Source of the DNA: a bacterium
GTDB lineage: Bacteria; UBA8248
Direction of reading: 5' to 3'
Length of the DNA stretch: 64,000 nucleotides
NCBI GenBank assembly: GCA_965202625.1
Contig: CBDBBI010000010.1
Coordinates: 1,248,001 to 1,312,000, forward strand
The position numbers and the translations under genes were made by a program. Positions within the stretch are counted from its first letter, which is position 1, and the number at the start of each line of letters is the position of its first letter. The notes below the pieces were generated by a model that worked only from the letters and a program-made list of their open reading frames with translations, made no database searches and was not told where the DNA came from. Below, in pieces: positions 49,968 to 60,308 of this stretch.

Positions 49968-52900
49968 ATGGCCATGGGCGGGCAGCTGCGGCTCGAGCTG
50001 CGTCCGGGCGAGTTCACCGTCGCCCAGGTACTGGAGCGCATTCGGCGCGAGAGCCGGGACGAGGTGGAGAAAGGGCGGTGGTTCGAGAATCTGGTCTCGC
50101 TGGCGTTGCGGAGCAACGCGGAATATGAGGTCTCGGAGGTCCATCGCTGGGCCGACTGGCCAGAACGCGAAGCGCTGACCGGGCTGGACGGACGCGACAT
50201 CGGCATCGACCTGGCCGCGCGGCACAGGGACGGCAGCTGGATCGCGATTCAGTGCAAATGCTACGCGGAGGACGCTCGCGTCGGCAAGCCGCAGATCGAT
50301 TCCTTCATCGCGGCCTCCCAACGCGAGCCGTTCCGGCTGCGTTGGATCGTGGCGACTTGCCGGTGGACGGACAGGGCGGAAGCCGAAATGGAGAGGCTGA
50401 CGCCCGCGCTGCGGCGCATCGATTTTCTCCGCCACGCGGACGATCGGATCTCGGAGGAAGTCGTAGCGCGCCCGGTGCAATCGCCCTGGCCCTTGCAGGC
50501 GAACGCCATTGACGACGTCGTCGTCGGGCTGGGCAATCACGATCGCGGCCGCCTCATCATGGCTTGCGGCACGGGCAAGACTTTCACCGCGCTGCGCATC
50601 GCCGAGCGCATCGTCCCTGAGCGGGGGCGCATCCTGTTTCTCGCCCCGAGCATAGCGCTGGTGTCGCAGGCGCGGCGGGAATGGCTGCGCCACACCACGC
50701 GAAAACTCGTCTGCCTCGTGGTGTGCTCGGATGCAACCGCTGGCGGACGCGGCGAGAACGAGGACATCCGCCTCTCCGAGCTGGAATGCGCGGTATCCTC
50801 CGATTCCGCTGAAATCGCGGCCATGCTCGCAGCCCAGGGCGACGCGACGCGCGTCGTGTTCTCCACCTATCAGTCCCTCCGCCTCATCACCGCCGCGCAG
50901 CGCGAACGTGGCGCGCCCGCTTTCGACCTCGCGCTGATGGACGAGGCGCACCGCACCACGGGGGTGGACAGGGCGGCCTCTGATCCGGAGGAGGAGGGCG
51001 GCTTTCAGGCGGTTCACCGGACAGATCGGCTGCACAGCGCGAAGCGGCTTTACATGACCGCGACGCCGCGCATTTACACCGCCCGCTCACGTGGTGCGCT
51101 CGAAAAACGCGGCATCGAGACCGTCGACATGAACGACCTCGACGTCTATGGCCCGGAATTGCATCGCCTGCCCTTCACAAAAGCGGTGGACGCCGAGATG
51201 CTCTCCGATTACCGGGTCATCGTCCTGGGCGTGCATGAGGACTTGATAACGCCGGGCCTGCGGAGCGAACTCGTCTCCCTCGGTGAGGCACAGGACGATA
51301 ATCGTCCGGTGATCGTGCGCCCTGCGGACATGACGCGGCTCATCGGCACCTCGCTCGCCCTCAACGGCATGGTGGAAGGCCGCGACGTGGACAGACCGGG
51401 CCGGTTGCGCAAAACCATCGCTTTTGCCAATTCCATCGCGCGCTCCAGGTTCTTCGCGAAGGCGATGGAACATCCCCAGGTGCGCAGAGCGACGACGACC
51501 CGCATGCGTCGCGCCGACGCTGACGCCGAGTCAGCCATGCGGCTCGACTCCCGCCATTTGGACGCGTCACACAGCGCACTGGAACGCAGCAGGGCGTTGC
51601 GGGCACTTGCCAGGGCGGATCGCGACAATACGGCGCGCCTGCTTTGCAACGTCAAGTTGTTCGGCGAGGGCGTGGACGTTCCCTCGCTCGACGCGATCGT
51701 CTTCATGGAGCCGCGCAACAGCCAGGTGGAAATTGTGCAGGCGGTGGGACGGGTGATGCGCCGCAGCGAAGGCAAGCGTTTCGGCTACATCGTCGTGCCG
51801 GTGCCGATTGCGCCGGGCGAGGACATCGCGGACGCTCTGGCGCAAGGGGCGGATGGCTACGAGGCGCTGGGGCGCGTGCTCCGCGCCCTTCAAGCACACG
51901 ACGGGCGACTGGCCGAGGATCCGCTGCGCTTCGTGCAAGTTTACCCGACCGAGCGCGTGGGAGGTGAGGGGAGGAACGGCGACGTATCCGAGCAGATGAC
52001 GCTCGATCTCGAGAGCGCCAGCGAGGGTCTATATGCCCAGGTCGTGGCGGCATCGGGTCTGGGCAAACCCGGTCTGCTGGTCTCCCAGGAAATTGAATAC
52101 GTCGTCCGCACAGCGGCCCGCACCTTTGAACAAGCAGAGATGCAGGATGCTCTGGCGGAGGCTCTGGGCCTCCCCCGGAATGCCGAGGCGCGGAGCGTCT
52201 GCATCATCGCCGCTTTATTGCTCACCAACGCCTGCCTCCTGCACCGCCGGCTCTGCGACGTCTCCGGCATGAGCGAGATACCGACGCTGAACGAGGTCAG
52301 CAGGGCGAAGAACGTGAAGGACGCTCTTAGGGCCGCCTGGCGAAGCATTATGGACCGCGACTACGCGCCGGTGTTCGAGCCGGCTTTGGCCGTTATTGAC
52401 GCGCTTCCCGCGCGGCAATTCACCGACCATGCGCTCCGCCGCATCGCCGAATGCGCGAACGGCACTGCCGATTCGCTGAGCGCACTCGGCTACGATCATT
52501 CCGGTCCGCTCTACCACCGCATTCTTCCGACGGCGCGAAGCGACGGCGCCTTCTACACGAACCACCTCTCCGCGCTGATGCTGGCAAGACTGGCGATAGA
52601 CGAGAACTTCACCGACTGGAGCGCGCCGCAGGCTATCGGCCGTCTGCGGATTATGGATCCGGCCTGCGGAACGGGTACCCTCCTGATGGCCGCACTCCAC
52701 GTCATTAAAACCCGCGCCGCCGAAGCGCAAGGTCTGGACGAGGGGCAGGAGACGGAGCTCCACCGCCGCCTGGTCGAGGACGTTTTGTGCGGACTCGACA
52801 TCAACCGCCACGCTGTGCAGCTCGCCGCCTGCAACCTCACGCTGGGCGCCCCCACGGTGGATTACCGGCGCATGAACCTATGGACCCTCAAGCACGGTCC

Positions 52901-54359
52901 GCAGCCGGACGGCGACGTGCGAGCCGGCTCCCTGGAAATTCTCGGCGCTGCGCAAACGCCCCTGCAAAAGCTGGTCAGGCCGCTGCGAAACCTCACCGGA
53001 CTGGAGGCGGAGCAGGTGAACGAAGAAAAGTCGTTAGACTTTCCGCTGAAAAACCTCGACATGGTCATCATGAATCCGCCTTTCACGAACAACACCCAGC
53101 GCAACCGCTATTTCAGTCCCCAGGCGGTCCGGCAAATGCAGCAGCACGAGGTGTGCCTGCGCGAGGAAGCCGAACAAAAAGATTCCGAAGTCCTGGGCGT
53201 CATCGACTCCAACAGCATCAGAACGTATTTCACGCCGCTTGCGGACGGTCTTTTGAGCCAACGGCGCGGCGTTCTGGCGAAGGTGATTCCCGCTACGGCC
53301 TGCGTCGGCGCCTCGGGGCTGGGCGAACGCCGGTTTTTGGCAAAACGTTTCCACGTGGAGCGCGTCATCACCTCGCACGATCCGCGGCGCATCAATTTTT
53401 CCGAGAACACTTCCATTCACGAGTGCCTGCTCATAGCCCGACGGAGAAATGGAAATGCGCCTCCGCCGACAGAATTTGTATCGCTGCGCAAAATGCCGGC
53501 GACGCCGGAGGATGCCCTCGCCGCCGCCGACGCCATCGCCGAGGGGCGTTCGTCAGAATGGGGACAAAGCGTTTTCTGGCCGGCTGAACGGATGGAGGCG
53601 GGAGATTGGACGCCGGTGCAGTGGTTTAACGGAACACTCGCGCGCGCGGTGCACGAACTGGAGAATTCCCCTCTGCTGGAACCGATTGGACGGCGCCATG
53701 AAATCGGCCCCGATGGACGAGGAATTCGCGGCGTATACGCGGAATGCGGAGAAGACGCGGCGGAAGCGGTTCCGGTTTTCTGGTCGATCGGCTCCAGAAT
53801 GCGCCGGACCATGCGCGGTGCGCCGGAAAGGTGGTGCCGCCCGAAACCCGGCAAGGAAGGTCTGGCGGAGAGATACTGGCGAATGCGCAGCCACGTTCTC
53901 ATCGCCCAGAAATACGACACCATCAGCGGTCGATTGACTGCGCTCTGGTCGCCGCAACCATCCATCGGGTCGGGCTGGGTGCCCATAGCCGTTTCAAACG
54001 AACACCGCGCGAAGGGGCTGGCCGCCTGGTGGAACGCGACGCCGGCACGACTCATGCTTCTGAACAGACGAAGCAAAAAGCTCACCTATCCCGCCTGGTC
54101 GCTCGCGCAGCTGCGCGACGTGCGGATTCCGAAACCAGACAATCCGGCCTGGGAGAGCCTGGCGGAGGCGTGGACGCGCGCCTGCGAGATGGAGCTTCTT
54201 CCCCTCCGACAAGCCCAGGAATGCCCGGCGCGGCGCATCATCGACGAGGCCGCCGCCCAGGCACTCGGTGCGCAAGCGGAGCAAATAAAGGGATGGAGGG
54301 AACTCCTGGCGAAAGAGCCGACCATCTCCAACGCCGCCGCTCCACCCAACCGCCAATGA
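49968..54359 (+). CDS. Single-polypeptide RM enzyme (type ISP-like): Mrr-type nuclease + SF2 helicase + N6-adenine MTase + TRD
   Basis: DIGIDL..AIQCK nuclease; MACGTGKT, DEAH, MTATP, EGVDVPSLD, QAVGRVMR helicase; GAFYT, DPACGTGTLL, NPPF MTase. Confidence 0.9.
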   Translation: MAMGGQLRLELRPGEFTVAQVLERIRRESRDEVEKGRWFENLVSLALRSNAEYEVSEVHRWADWPEREALTGLDGRDIGIDLAARHRDGSWIAIQCKCYAEDARVGKPQIDSFIAASQREPFRLRWIVATCRWTDRAEAEMERLTPALRRIDFLRHADDRISEEVVARPVQSPWPLQANAIDDVVVGLGNHDRGRLIMACGTGKTFTALRIAERIVPERGRILFLAPSIALVSQARREWLRHTTRKLVCLVVCSDATAGGRGENEDIRLSELECAVSSDSAEIAAMLAAQGDATRVVFSTYQSLRLITAAQRERGAPAFDLALMDEAHRTTGVDRAASDPEEEGGFQAVHRTDRLHSAKRLYMTATPRIYTARSRGALEKRGIETVDMNDLDVYGPELHRLPFTKAVDAEMLSDYRVIVLGVHEDLITPGLRSELVSLGEAQDDNRPVIVRPADMTRLIGTSLALNGMVEGRDVDRPGRLRKTIAFANSIARSRFFAKAMEHPQVRRATTTRMRRADADAESAMRLDSRHLDASHSALERSRALRALARADRDNTARLLCNVKLFGEGVDVPSLDAIVFMEPRNSQVEIVQAVGRVMRRSEGKRFGYIVVPVPIAPGEDIADALAQGADGYEALGRVLRALQAHDGRLAEDPLRFVQVYPTERVGGEGRNGDVSEQMTLDLESASEGLYAQVVAASGLGKPGLLVSQEIEYVVRTAARTFEQAEMQDALAEALGLPRNAEARSVCIIAALLLTNACLLHRRLCDVSGMSEIPTLNEVSRAKNVKDALRAAWRSIMDRDYAPVFEPALAVIDALPARQFTDHALRRIAECANGTADSLSALGYDHSGPLYHRILPTARSDGAFYTNHLSALMLARLAIDENFTDWSAPQAIGRLRIMDPACGTGTLLMAALHVIKTRAAEAQGLDEGQETELHRRLVEDVLCGLDINRHAVQLAACNLTLGAPTVDYRRMNLWTLKHGPQPDGDVRAGSLEILGAAQTPLQKLVRPLRNLTGLEAEQVNEEKSLDFPLKNLDMVIMNPPFTNNTQRNRYFSPQAVRQMQQHEVCLREEAEQKDSEVLGVIDSNSIRTYFTPLADGLLSQRRGVLAKVIPATACVGASGLGERRFLAKRFHVERVITSHDPRRINFSENTSIHECLLIARRRNGNAPPPTEFVSLRKMPATPEDALAAADAIAEGRSSEWGQSVFWPAERMEAGDWTPVQWFNGTLARAVHELENSPLLEPIGRRHEIGPDGRGIRGVYAECGEDAAEAVPVFWSIGSRMRRTMRGAPERWCRPKPGKEGLAERYWRMRSHVLIAQKYDTISGRLTALWSPQPSIGSGWVPIAVSNEHRAKGLAAWWNATPARLMLLNRRSKKLTYPAWSLAQLRDVRIPKPDNPAWESLAEAWTRACEMELLPLRQAQECPARRIIDEAAAQALGAQAEQIKGWRELLAKEPTISNAAAPPNRQ

Positions 54360-54621
54360 ATCCTCCCCACCCGACCCCCAGAAAGACGCGAAAACTGACG
54401 AAAATCTAAAAGCGCGTTCTCCGAAATCTCTCGTTCATTTCCCCTTTTCCAAAAATCATCCGCAGAGAAACGCGGCGCATCAAGCGCAATCGCGTTTGGA
54501 TTGCGAGGCGCAAGACGGCTATAATCCCCCCCTTTCACCGATGAGGCGCAGAGAATTTTCGGGCGGCGGGCAGCGCCGCTTCCCCCGCACCATCCTTAGA
54601 CGATTGAGGGAGAAACAAGAG

Positions 54622-56373
54622 ATGAGCGACTTCAAAACCGAGGACAGGGACGGAATGCGCATCGACTGGGACGTCCCCATCCCCATGGAGGACGGCGTCG
54701 CGCTGCGGTGCGACGTCTATCGGCCGCAGGATGCGGGGCGATATCCCGTCATCATGACCTACGGCCCTTATGGGAAATACCTCCACTTCGAGGATCTCTA
54801 CGAGACCTGCTGGACGCGCATGGTCGAGGAGCATCCGGACGTTCCGGCCGGCTCCACTAACAAATACCAGAACTGGGAGGTGGTGGACCCCGAGAAATGG
54901 GTTCCCGACGGCTACGCGGTCGTTCGCGTGGATTCGAGAGGGGCGGGCCGCTCGCCCGGCGTCATCGATATCTGGTCGGCGCGCGAGGCGCAGGATTTCT
55001 ACCAGTGCATCGAATGGGCGGCCGTCCAGCCCTGGAGCACGGGCAAGGTCGGGCTGAACGGCATCTCCTACTACGGCATGAACCAGTGGCAGGTGGGCGC
55101 GCTCCAGCCCCCGCACCTGAGCGCGATGTGCGTCTGGGAGGGTGCCGCCGACTTCTATCGGGACATGGCCCACCACGGCGGCATCTTTTGCAACGGGTTC
55201 GCGCGCAACTGGCCCGAGATGCAGGTCTATAGCGTTCAGCACGGGCGCGGCAGGCGCGGCTTCAAGAGCCGCTTCACGGGCGACTGGGTGTCCGGCCCCC
55301 CCACCCTCACGGAGGAGGAGCTCGGAGCGAACCGCAACGACTTCGGAGAGGATTGCTTCTCCCACAAGCTCGACACCGCCGACTACTGGCAATCGAGAAT
55401 GCCCGATTTCGGGAAAATTCAGGTCCCCCTTCTCTCCTCCGCCAACTGGGGCGGGCAGGGGCTTCACCCGCGCGGAAACTTTGAGGGCTTTCTGGAGACG
55501 GGATGCGCGGAGAAGTGGCTGGAGGTTCACGGCATCGAGCACTGGACGGAGTTCTACACCGACTACGGCGTCAACATGCAGAAAAAATTCTTCGGCCGCT
55601 ACCTCAAGGGAGAGGACACAGGCTGGGAAGATCAGCCTCGGGTACTGCTCCAGGTGCGCCATCCCGGCGAGCGGTTCGTCGAGCGGGACGAGAACGAATG
55701 GCCCCTGGCGCGCACGCAGTGGACGAAATACTACCTGAACGCGAAGACGCAGACCCTGGAGACCGACCCGGCAGCCGAGGCGGCGACGACCACCTACGCG
55801 GGCTTCAGCGAGGGGGTCACCTTCCTCACGCCGCCGATCTCGCAACAGACGGAGCTCACCGGCCCGATGGCCGCCCGGCTCTTCGTCTCCTCCGAGTCGA
55901 GAGACGCCGACCTGTTTCTGGTCGTTCGCGTATTCTCGCCCCATATGGAGGAGGTCGTGTTTCAGGGCGCACTCGACCCGCACACCCCCATCGCCCAGGG
56001 CTGGCTTCGGGCGTCGCATCGAAAGCTCGACGTGGAGAAATCCCTGCCCTACCGGCCCTACCACGCCCACGACGAGGAGCAGCCGCTGACGCCGGGGACG
56101 GTCTATCAACTCGACGTGGAGATATGGCCCACCTGTATCGCCGTTCCGAAGGGCTACCGAATCGCCCTCACCGTGCGCGGAAAGGACTACGAATACCCCG
56201 GCGGGGCGGGAGGCGGCCTCTCCAACATGAAAAACGAGTTCACCGGCTGCGGCTGCTTCGTTCACAACGACCCGAAGGACAGGCCCGCCGACGTTTTCGG
56301 GAAAAACGTCACCCTCCACTGCGGCGGAGAGCACGAGGCGTATCTCATGCTGCCGGTGATTCCCGAGAGATAG
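54622..56373 (+). CDS. CocE/NonD family serine hydrolase, copy 1
   Basis: DVPIPMEDG, DSRGAGRSPG, WSTGKVGLNGISY nucleophile elbow, GWLRASHR, VEIWPT. Confidence 0.93.
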   Translation: MSDFKTEDRDGMRIDWDVPIPMEDGVALRCDVYRPQDAGRYPVIMTYGPYGKYLHFEDLYETCWTRMVEEHPDVPAGSTNKYQNWEVVDPEKWVPDGYAVVRVDSRGAGRSPGVIDIWSAREAQDFYQCIEWAAVQPWSTGKVGLNGISYYGMNQWQVGALQPPHLSAMCVWEGAADFYRDMAHHGGIFCNGFARNWPEMQVYSVQHGRGRRGFKSRFTGDWVSGPPTLTEEELGANRNDFGEDCFSHKLDTADYWQSRMPDFGKIQVPLLSSANWGGQGLHPRGNFEGFLETGCAEKWLEVHGIEHWTEFYTDYGVNMQKKFFGRYLKGEDTGWEDQPRVLLQVRHPGERFVERDENEWPLARTQWTKYYLNAKTQTLETDPAAEAATTTYAGFSEGVTFLTPPISQQTELTGPMAARLFVSSESRDADLFLVVRVFSPHMEEVVFQGALDPHTPIAQGWLRASHRKLDVEKSLPYRPYHAHDEEQPLTPGTVYQLDVEIWPTCIAVPKGYRIALTVRGKDYEYPGGAGGGLSNMKNEFTGCGCFVHNDPKDRPADVFGKNVTLHCGGEHEAYLMLPVIPER

Positions 56374-56437
56374 GACGGACGCATTACCGAGGCGCGCGCC
56401 CTGGACACGCTGCCCTCACACGGGAGAATGAGAACAA

Positions 56438-58207
56438 ATGAGCGACATTGACCTCAGCGCGGACCCCCAATACCGAAGCGAGAGGCGCGACGGCTTTCTT
56501 ATCGAGTGGGACGTCCCCATCCATATGGACGACGGCCTCGTCCTGCGGGCGAACGTCTATCGGCCGGACGATGGGGGACGCTATCCCGCCATTCTGAGCT
56601 ACGGCCCCTACGCCAAGGACCTCGCCTGGCAGGACGGCTACGAGACGGCGTGGCAGCTGTTCTCCACCGCGCATCCCGACGCCATCACCGGCTCATCAAA
56701 CGTTCACCAGAGCTGGGAGGTGGTGGACCCCGAAAAATGGGTTCCGGATGGCTACGCCTGCGTGCGCGTGGACTCCCGGGGGGCAGGCCGCTCGCCAGGC
56801 TACATCGACCACTTCTCCATGCGCGAGACGAGGGACTTCGCCCTCTGCATTGACTGGGCGGGCGTTCAGCCCTGGTGCAACGGCAAAGTGGGCCTCACGG
56901 GCATCTCCTATTACGCCATCAACCAATGGCACGTGGCGGGGCTGAACCCCGCGCACCTGGCAGCCATGTGCGTCTGGGAGGGAGCGGCGGACTTCTACCG
57001 CGACATGAGCCATCAAGGCGGCATTCTCACCACGTTTCTCGCCAACTGGTACGACATGCAGGTGAAGAGCGTCCAGCACGGACTGGGGGAGAGGGGGCCC
57101 AGAAGCCGCGCACACGGCGGCCTGGCCTGCGGCCCCGATACGCTGAGCGAGGATGGGCTCGCGAAAAACCGATCCGACTACGGCGGAGAGATACGCGCAC
57201 ACGCCCTCGACGACGACTGGCACCGGGAGCGTTCCGCCCAGTGGGAGAAGATCACCGCCCCCTTCATCTCGGCGGCGAGCTGGGGCGGACAGGGACTCCA
57301 CCCGAGGGGAAACTACGAGGGCTTCATGCGCGCGGCGTCCCAGGAGAAATGGCTGGAGGTGCACGGCTTCGAGCACTGGACGGAATTCTACACCCCTTAC
57401 GGAGAGCGGCTGCAGAAGCAGTTTTTCGGCCATTATCTCAAGGGCGAGGACAACGGATGGAAGGAGCGGCCTCCCGTCCTGCTCAAGGTGCGGCACGTGG
57501 GCGAGAAATTCGTCGAGCGCGCGGAGAACGAATGGCCGCTCGCGCGCACACAATGGACGAAATTCCACCTGAACCCGGCCCACATGAGCCTGGACGCCGC
57601 CCCGCCCGACGCAGAGTGCGATATCGCCTACGCCGGCATGGGCGATGGCGTCACCTTCCTGCTGCCTCCCCTGAGTGAGGAGACGGAGATCACCGGGCCG
57701 ATCGCCTCAAAGCTCTTCGTCTCCTCCGAGACTGAGGATGCGGACCTGTTTCTGGTGGTGCGCCTCTTCACGCCCGACATGAAGGAGATCACCTTTCAGG
57801 GCACGCTCGACCCCAACACCCCCATCGCCCAGGGCTGGCTCAGGGCGTCGCACCGAAAGCTCGTCCCTGAACTCTCCACGGAGTGGAAGCCCTATCAAGC
57901 CCACGATGAGAGGCAACCCCTCACGCCCGGGCAGATATACGAGCTCGACGTGGAGGTTTGGCCCACCTGCATCGTGATCCCCGCCGGCTATCGCCTCGCC
58001 CTCAGCGTGCGCGGCAAGGATTATGAATACAGCTGCGCCACCACGCACAGGCTCTCGAACATGAAAAACGTGTTCAGGGGATGCGGGCCGTTTCTGCACG
58101 ACGACCCCGCCGACAGGCCGGAGGAGATTTTTGGCAAGAACGTGACACTCCACTGCGGGCCGCAGTATCCCTCCTACCTGATGCTGCCGGTGGTTCCGAC
58201 CAGGTAG
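56438..58207 (+). CDS. CocE/NonD family serine hydrolase, copy 2
   Basis: Same motifs as copy 1 (WCNGKVGLTGISY, GWLRASHR); tandem paralog. Confidence 0.93.
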   Translation: MSDIDLSADPQYRSERRDGFLIEWDVPIHMDDGLVLRANVYRPDDGGRYPAILSYGPYAKDLAWQDGYETAWQLFSTAHPDAITGSSNVHQSWEVVDPEKWVPDGYACVRVDSRGAGRSPGYIDHFSMRETRDFALCIDWAGVQPWCNGKVGLTGISYYAINQWHVAGLNPAHLAAMCVWEGAADFYRDMSHQGGILTTFLANWYDMQVKSVQHGLGERGPRSRAHGGLACGPDTLSEDGLAKNRSDYGGEIRAHALDDDWHRERSAQWEKITAPFISAASWGGQGLHPRGNYEGFMRAASQEKWLEVHGFEHWTEFYTPYGERLQKQFFGHYLKGEDNGWKERPPVLLKVRHVGEKFVERAENEWPLARTQWTKFHLNPAHMSLDAAPPDAECDIAYAGMGDGVTFLLPPLSEETEITGPIASKLFVSSETEDADLFLVVRLFTPDMKEITFQGTLDPNTPIAQGWLRASHRKLVPELSTEWKPYQAHDERQPLTPGQIYELDVEVWPTCIVIPAGYRLALSVRGKDYEYSCATTHRLSNMKNVFRGCGPFLHDDPADRPEEIFGKNVTLHCGPQYPSYLMLPVVPTR

Positions 58208-58304
58208 CGCGCCTCCGAGAAAAAACGAGCGCGCGCCGACGTCAAGAGCGGCGAGGAGCCGATGACGCCCTCGCTCCCATCACGCTCGACGACCTGCTTT
58301 GAGG

Positions 58305-58440
58305 GACTTTTGCAACGCCCTTGCACGGCTTTTTTTCGAGCGGTTTACGCACCGAAAAACGGCCGATTCTGCAGAGTATTTTGCCTCGAAAATCCGTTAT
58401 CTCTTCAGGGCGTTCACAATTATTTTTGTTTGGCTACAAA
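58305..58440. repeat. Dispersed intergenic repeat, copy 2 (longer copy)
   Basis: GACTTTTGCAACGCCCTTGCA...AGGGCGTTCACAATTATTTTTGTTTGGCT is an inverted homolog of 14986-15085. Confidence 0.85.
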
Positions 58441-58509
58441 GAAGCCCGATTCATGGGCGGCGGCGCATCACAGTCTTCAGCCGAACCTCGGCGCATATGC
58501 GGAAAATAC

Positions 58510-60156
58510 CTATGCGTCCCACGTGACGCGCGCGCCCACCTCCCGCTCCCGCGCGAGGAGCGCGCCGTCCTCCCCCATCTTGACAAACACGTTCACACGC
58601 CAGCGCGCGTCGTCCTCCTTCGGGTGATCGAGGCGAAAGTGCGCGCCTCGGCTCTCGGTCCGAAGCAGCGCCGCCTCCACGACCGTTCGCGCGCTCAGGC
58701 AGACGTTCTCCGCCTCAATGGCCTCCAGCAGGCGAACGGGCTCCTCGCCGCCGCACGTCGTCAAATCGCGCTGAATCCGCACGAGCGCGGCTTGTGCCTC
58801 GGCGAGCAGTTTCTCCTCGCGCGCAATGCCCACGTTCTCCCAGCAAACCTTCTTGATCGCACGCATCGCGTCCACCGAGCGATTTGGTGGTCTGTTCATG
58901 CGCGCGGCGAGCGCGTGCTCGTGGCGCTTCCAGGGGGCGAGGTTCACTGCCGCGCCATTCGCGCGACGCGCGTGCCGAGCGGCAGCCTTTCCCGCACGCC
59001 AGCCCAGCGTATGGGCTTCGGTGAACGCGTTGTTGGAGAGGCGATTGGCCCCGTGTGCGCCCGCGCTCACCTCTCCCGCCGCGAACAAGCCGCGCATTCC
59101 CGTCGCACCGCTTCCGTCAATCGGAACCCCGCCCATGAAAAAATGCGCTTTGGGGGAAACGTAGATTTCGCTGCTGTGGGGCGAAACGCCCCTTCTGGCG
59201 AACAGTTTCAGATTGTCAGGCGCAAAATGCTCCAGATCCTCCAGGGAGATGTGGGACAAGTCCATCTGCACGGCGTCGTCCACCCCGCCTCCTTGCATAA
59301 TTTCAAGATAAATCGCCCGCGCCATGAGGTCGCGCGTAGCGTCCCCGCCTCCGGGGACGTCCTTCATGATGTCCTCCCCGTATCGATTCAGAAACCGCGC
59401 GCCGAGCGGAAACAGGGTCGGCGATACCACCATGTTGCTCTCGGGCCGCTTGATGACGGCGGGGTAGAACTGAACGAACTCCATGTCGGAAAGCGCGAGG
59501 CCGGCCCTCAGCGCCATTCCATAGCCATCTCCTGTGATACCGCCCGCGTTCGTATTCTCGGCGAACATCTGCCCCGCCCCTCCGGTGGCCAACACGGTGG
59601 CGCCAGCGCGCACGGAGCAAACCTCGCCACTCCTCGTATGAAAGCCGATGACGCCCCTGCAAGCGCCTTCATACACGATCAGGTCAACAGCCATGACGTT
59701 TTCCAGAATACGCGCGCCGTCGGCGTCCAGTTTTCGGCGCAGCGGCCTCGCCACCTCCACGCCCCAGTTTCTCACCGGATAAATGCCGCGGTCTTGCCTG
59801 TGCCCCCCCTGGGGGTGGAGGTCGAACGCGCCGTCCTCGCGCGTGATGAAGGGAACCCCCCATCCGTAGAGGTCGCGAATCCGGGCGGCGGAATCCTCGC
59901 ACATCGTGCGGGCGACGTCTGGATGATTCAGATGCGCGCCTCCCGCCAGCGTGTCCTCCAGGAAAAGCCCCGCGCTGTCGGCAGGGGCAAAGTTGGCCGA
60001 ATGTCCCGCGCGGGCCATAACGATGTTGCCGGAGTTTCCGGGGGATTGCTTACAAAACAAGAGCGTATCCGCGCCACTTTCCATCGCGGAGATGGTGGTC
60101 GTCATGGCAGCGGGGCCGCCGCCCAAGACCAAAACGTCGCAAGAGAGATTCTGCAT
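58510..60156 (-). CDS. SdhA/FrdA/NadB-family FAD flavoprotein of unknown substrate
   Basis: GGGPAA, LATGG, TGDGYGMA, DMEFVQFYP, HFFMGG, FAAGE..HGANRL, RTESRGAHFR. Confidence 0.9.
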   Translation of the reverse strand: MQNLSCDVLVLGGGPAAMTTTISAMESGADTLLFCKQSPGNSGNIVMARAGHSANFAPADSAGLFLEDTLAGGAHLNHPDVARTMCEDSAARIRDLYGWGVPFITREDGAFDLHPQGGHRQDRGIYPVRNWGVEVARPLRRKLDADGARILENVMAVDLIVYEGACRGVIGFHTRSGEVCSVRAGATVLATGGAGQMFAENTNAGGITGDGYGMALRAGLALSDMEFVQFYPAVIKRPESNMVVSPTLFPLGARFLNRYGEDIMKDVPGGGDATRDLMARAIYLEIMQGGGVDDAVQMDLSHISLEDLEHFAPDNLKLFARRGVSPHSSEIYVSPKAHFFMGGVPIDGSGATGMRGLFAAGEVSAGAHGANRLSNNAFTEAHTLGWRAGKAAARHARRANGAAVNLAPWKRHEHALAARMNRPPNRSVDAMRAIKKVCWENVGIAREEKLLAEAQAALVRIQRDLTTCGGEEPVRLLEAIEAENVCLSARTVVEAALLRTESRGAHFRLDHPKEDDARWRVNVFVKMGEDGALLAREREVGARVTWDA

Positions 60157-60308
60157 GAAAGAACCCTAGCGTTTTAGGCGAGTTTCAGAAAATTCAGAAA
60201 AAGAGAAAGACTTTGTCGCCCCTTCCGACACCCTCCGCTCTCCTCGCGCACTCCCTTGGAACTGATCGGAAAGCCGCTGGTTCGCGCACCGCCCAAGCGG
60301 TGCTTGTT

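Noticed and set aside
49387-50206. ORFs with repeating RGARCEV / SHLAPRT peptides
   Set aside because: They are translations of the stop-free 7-mer array in several frames, with no convincing RBS or domain.
47068-54359. Genomic island integrated at tRNA-Arg
   Set aside because: I found no integrase and no duplicated tRNA 3' end, and GC looks like the backbone.
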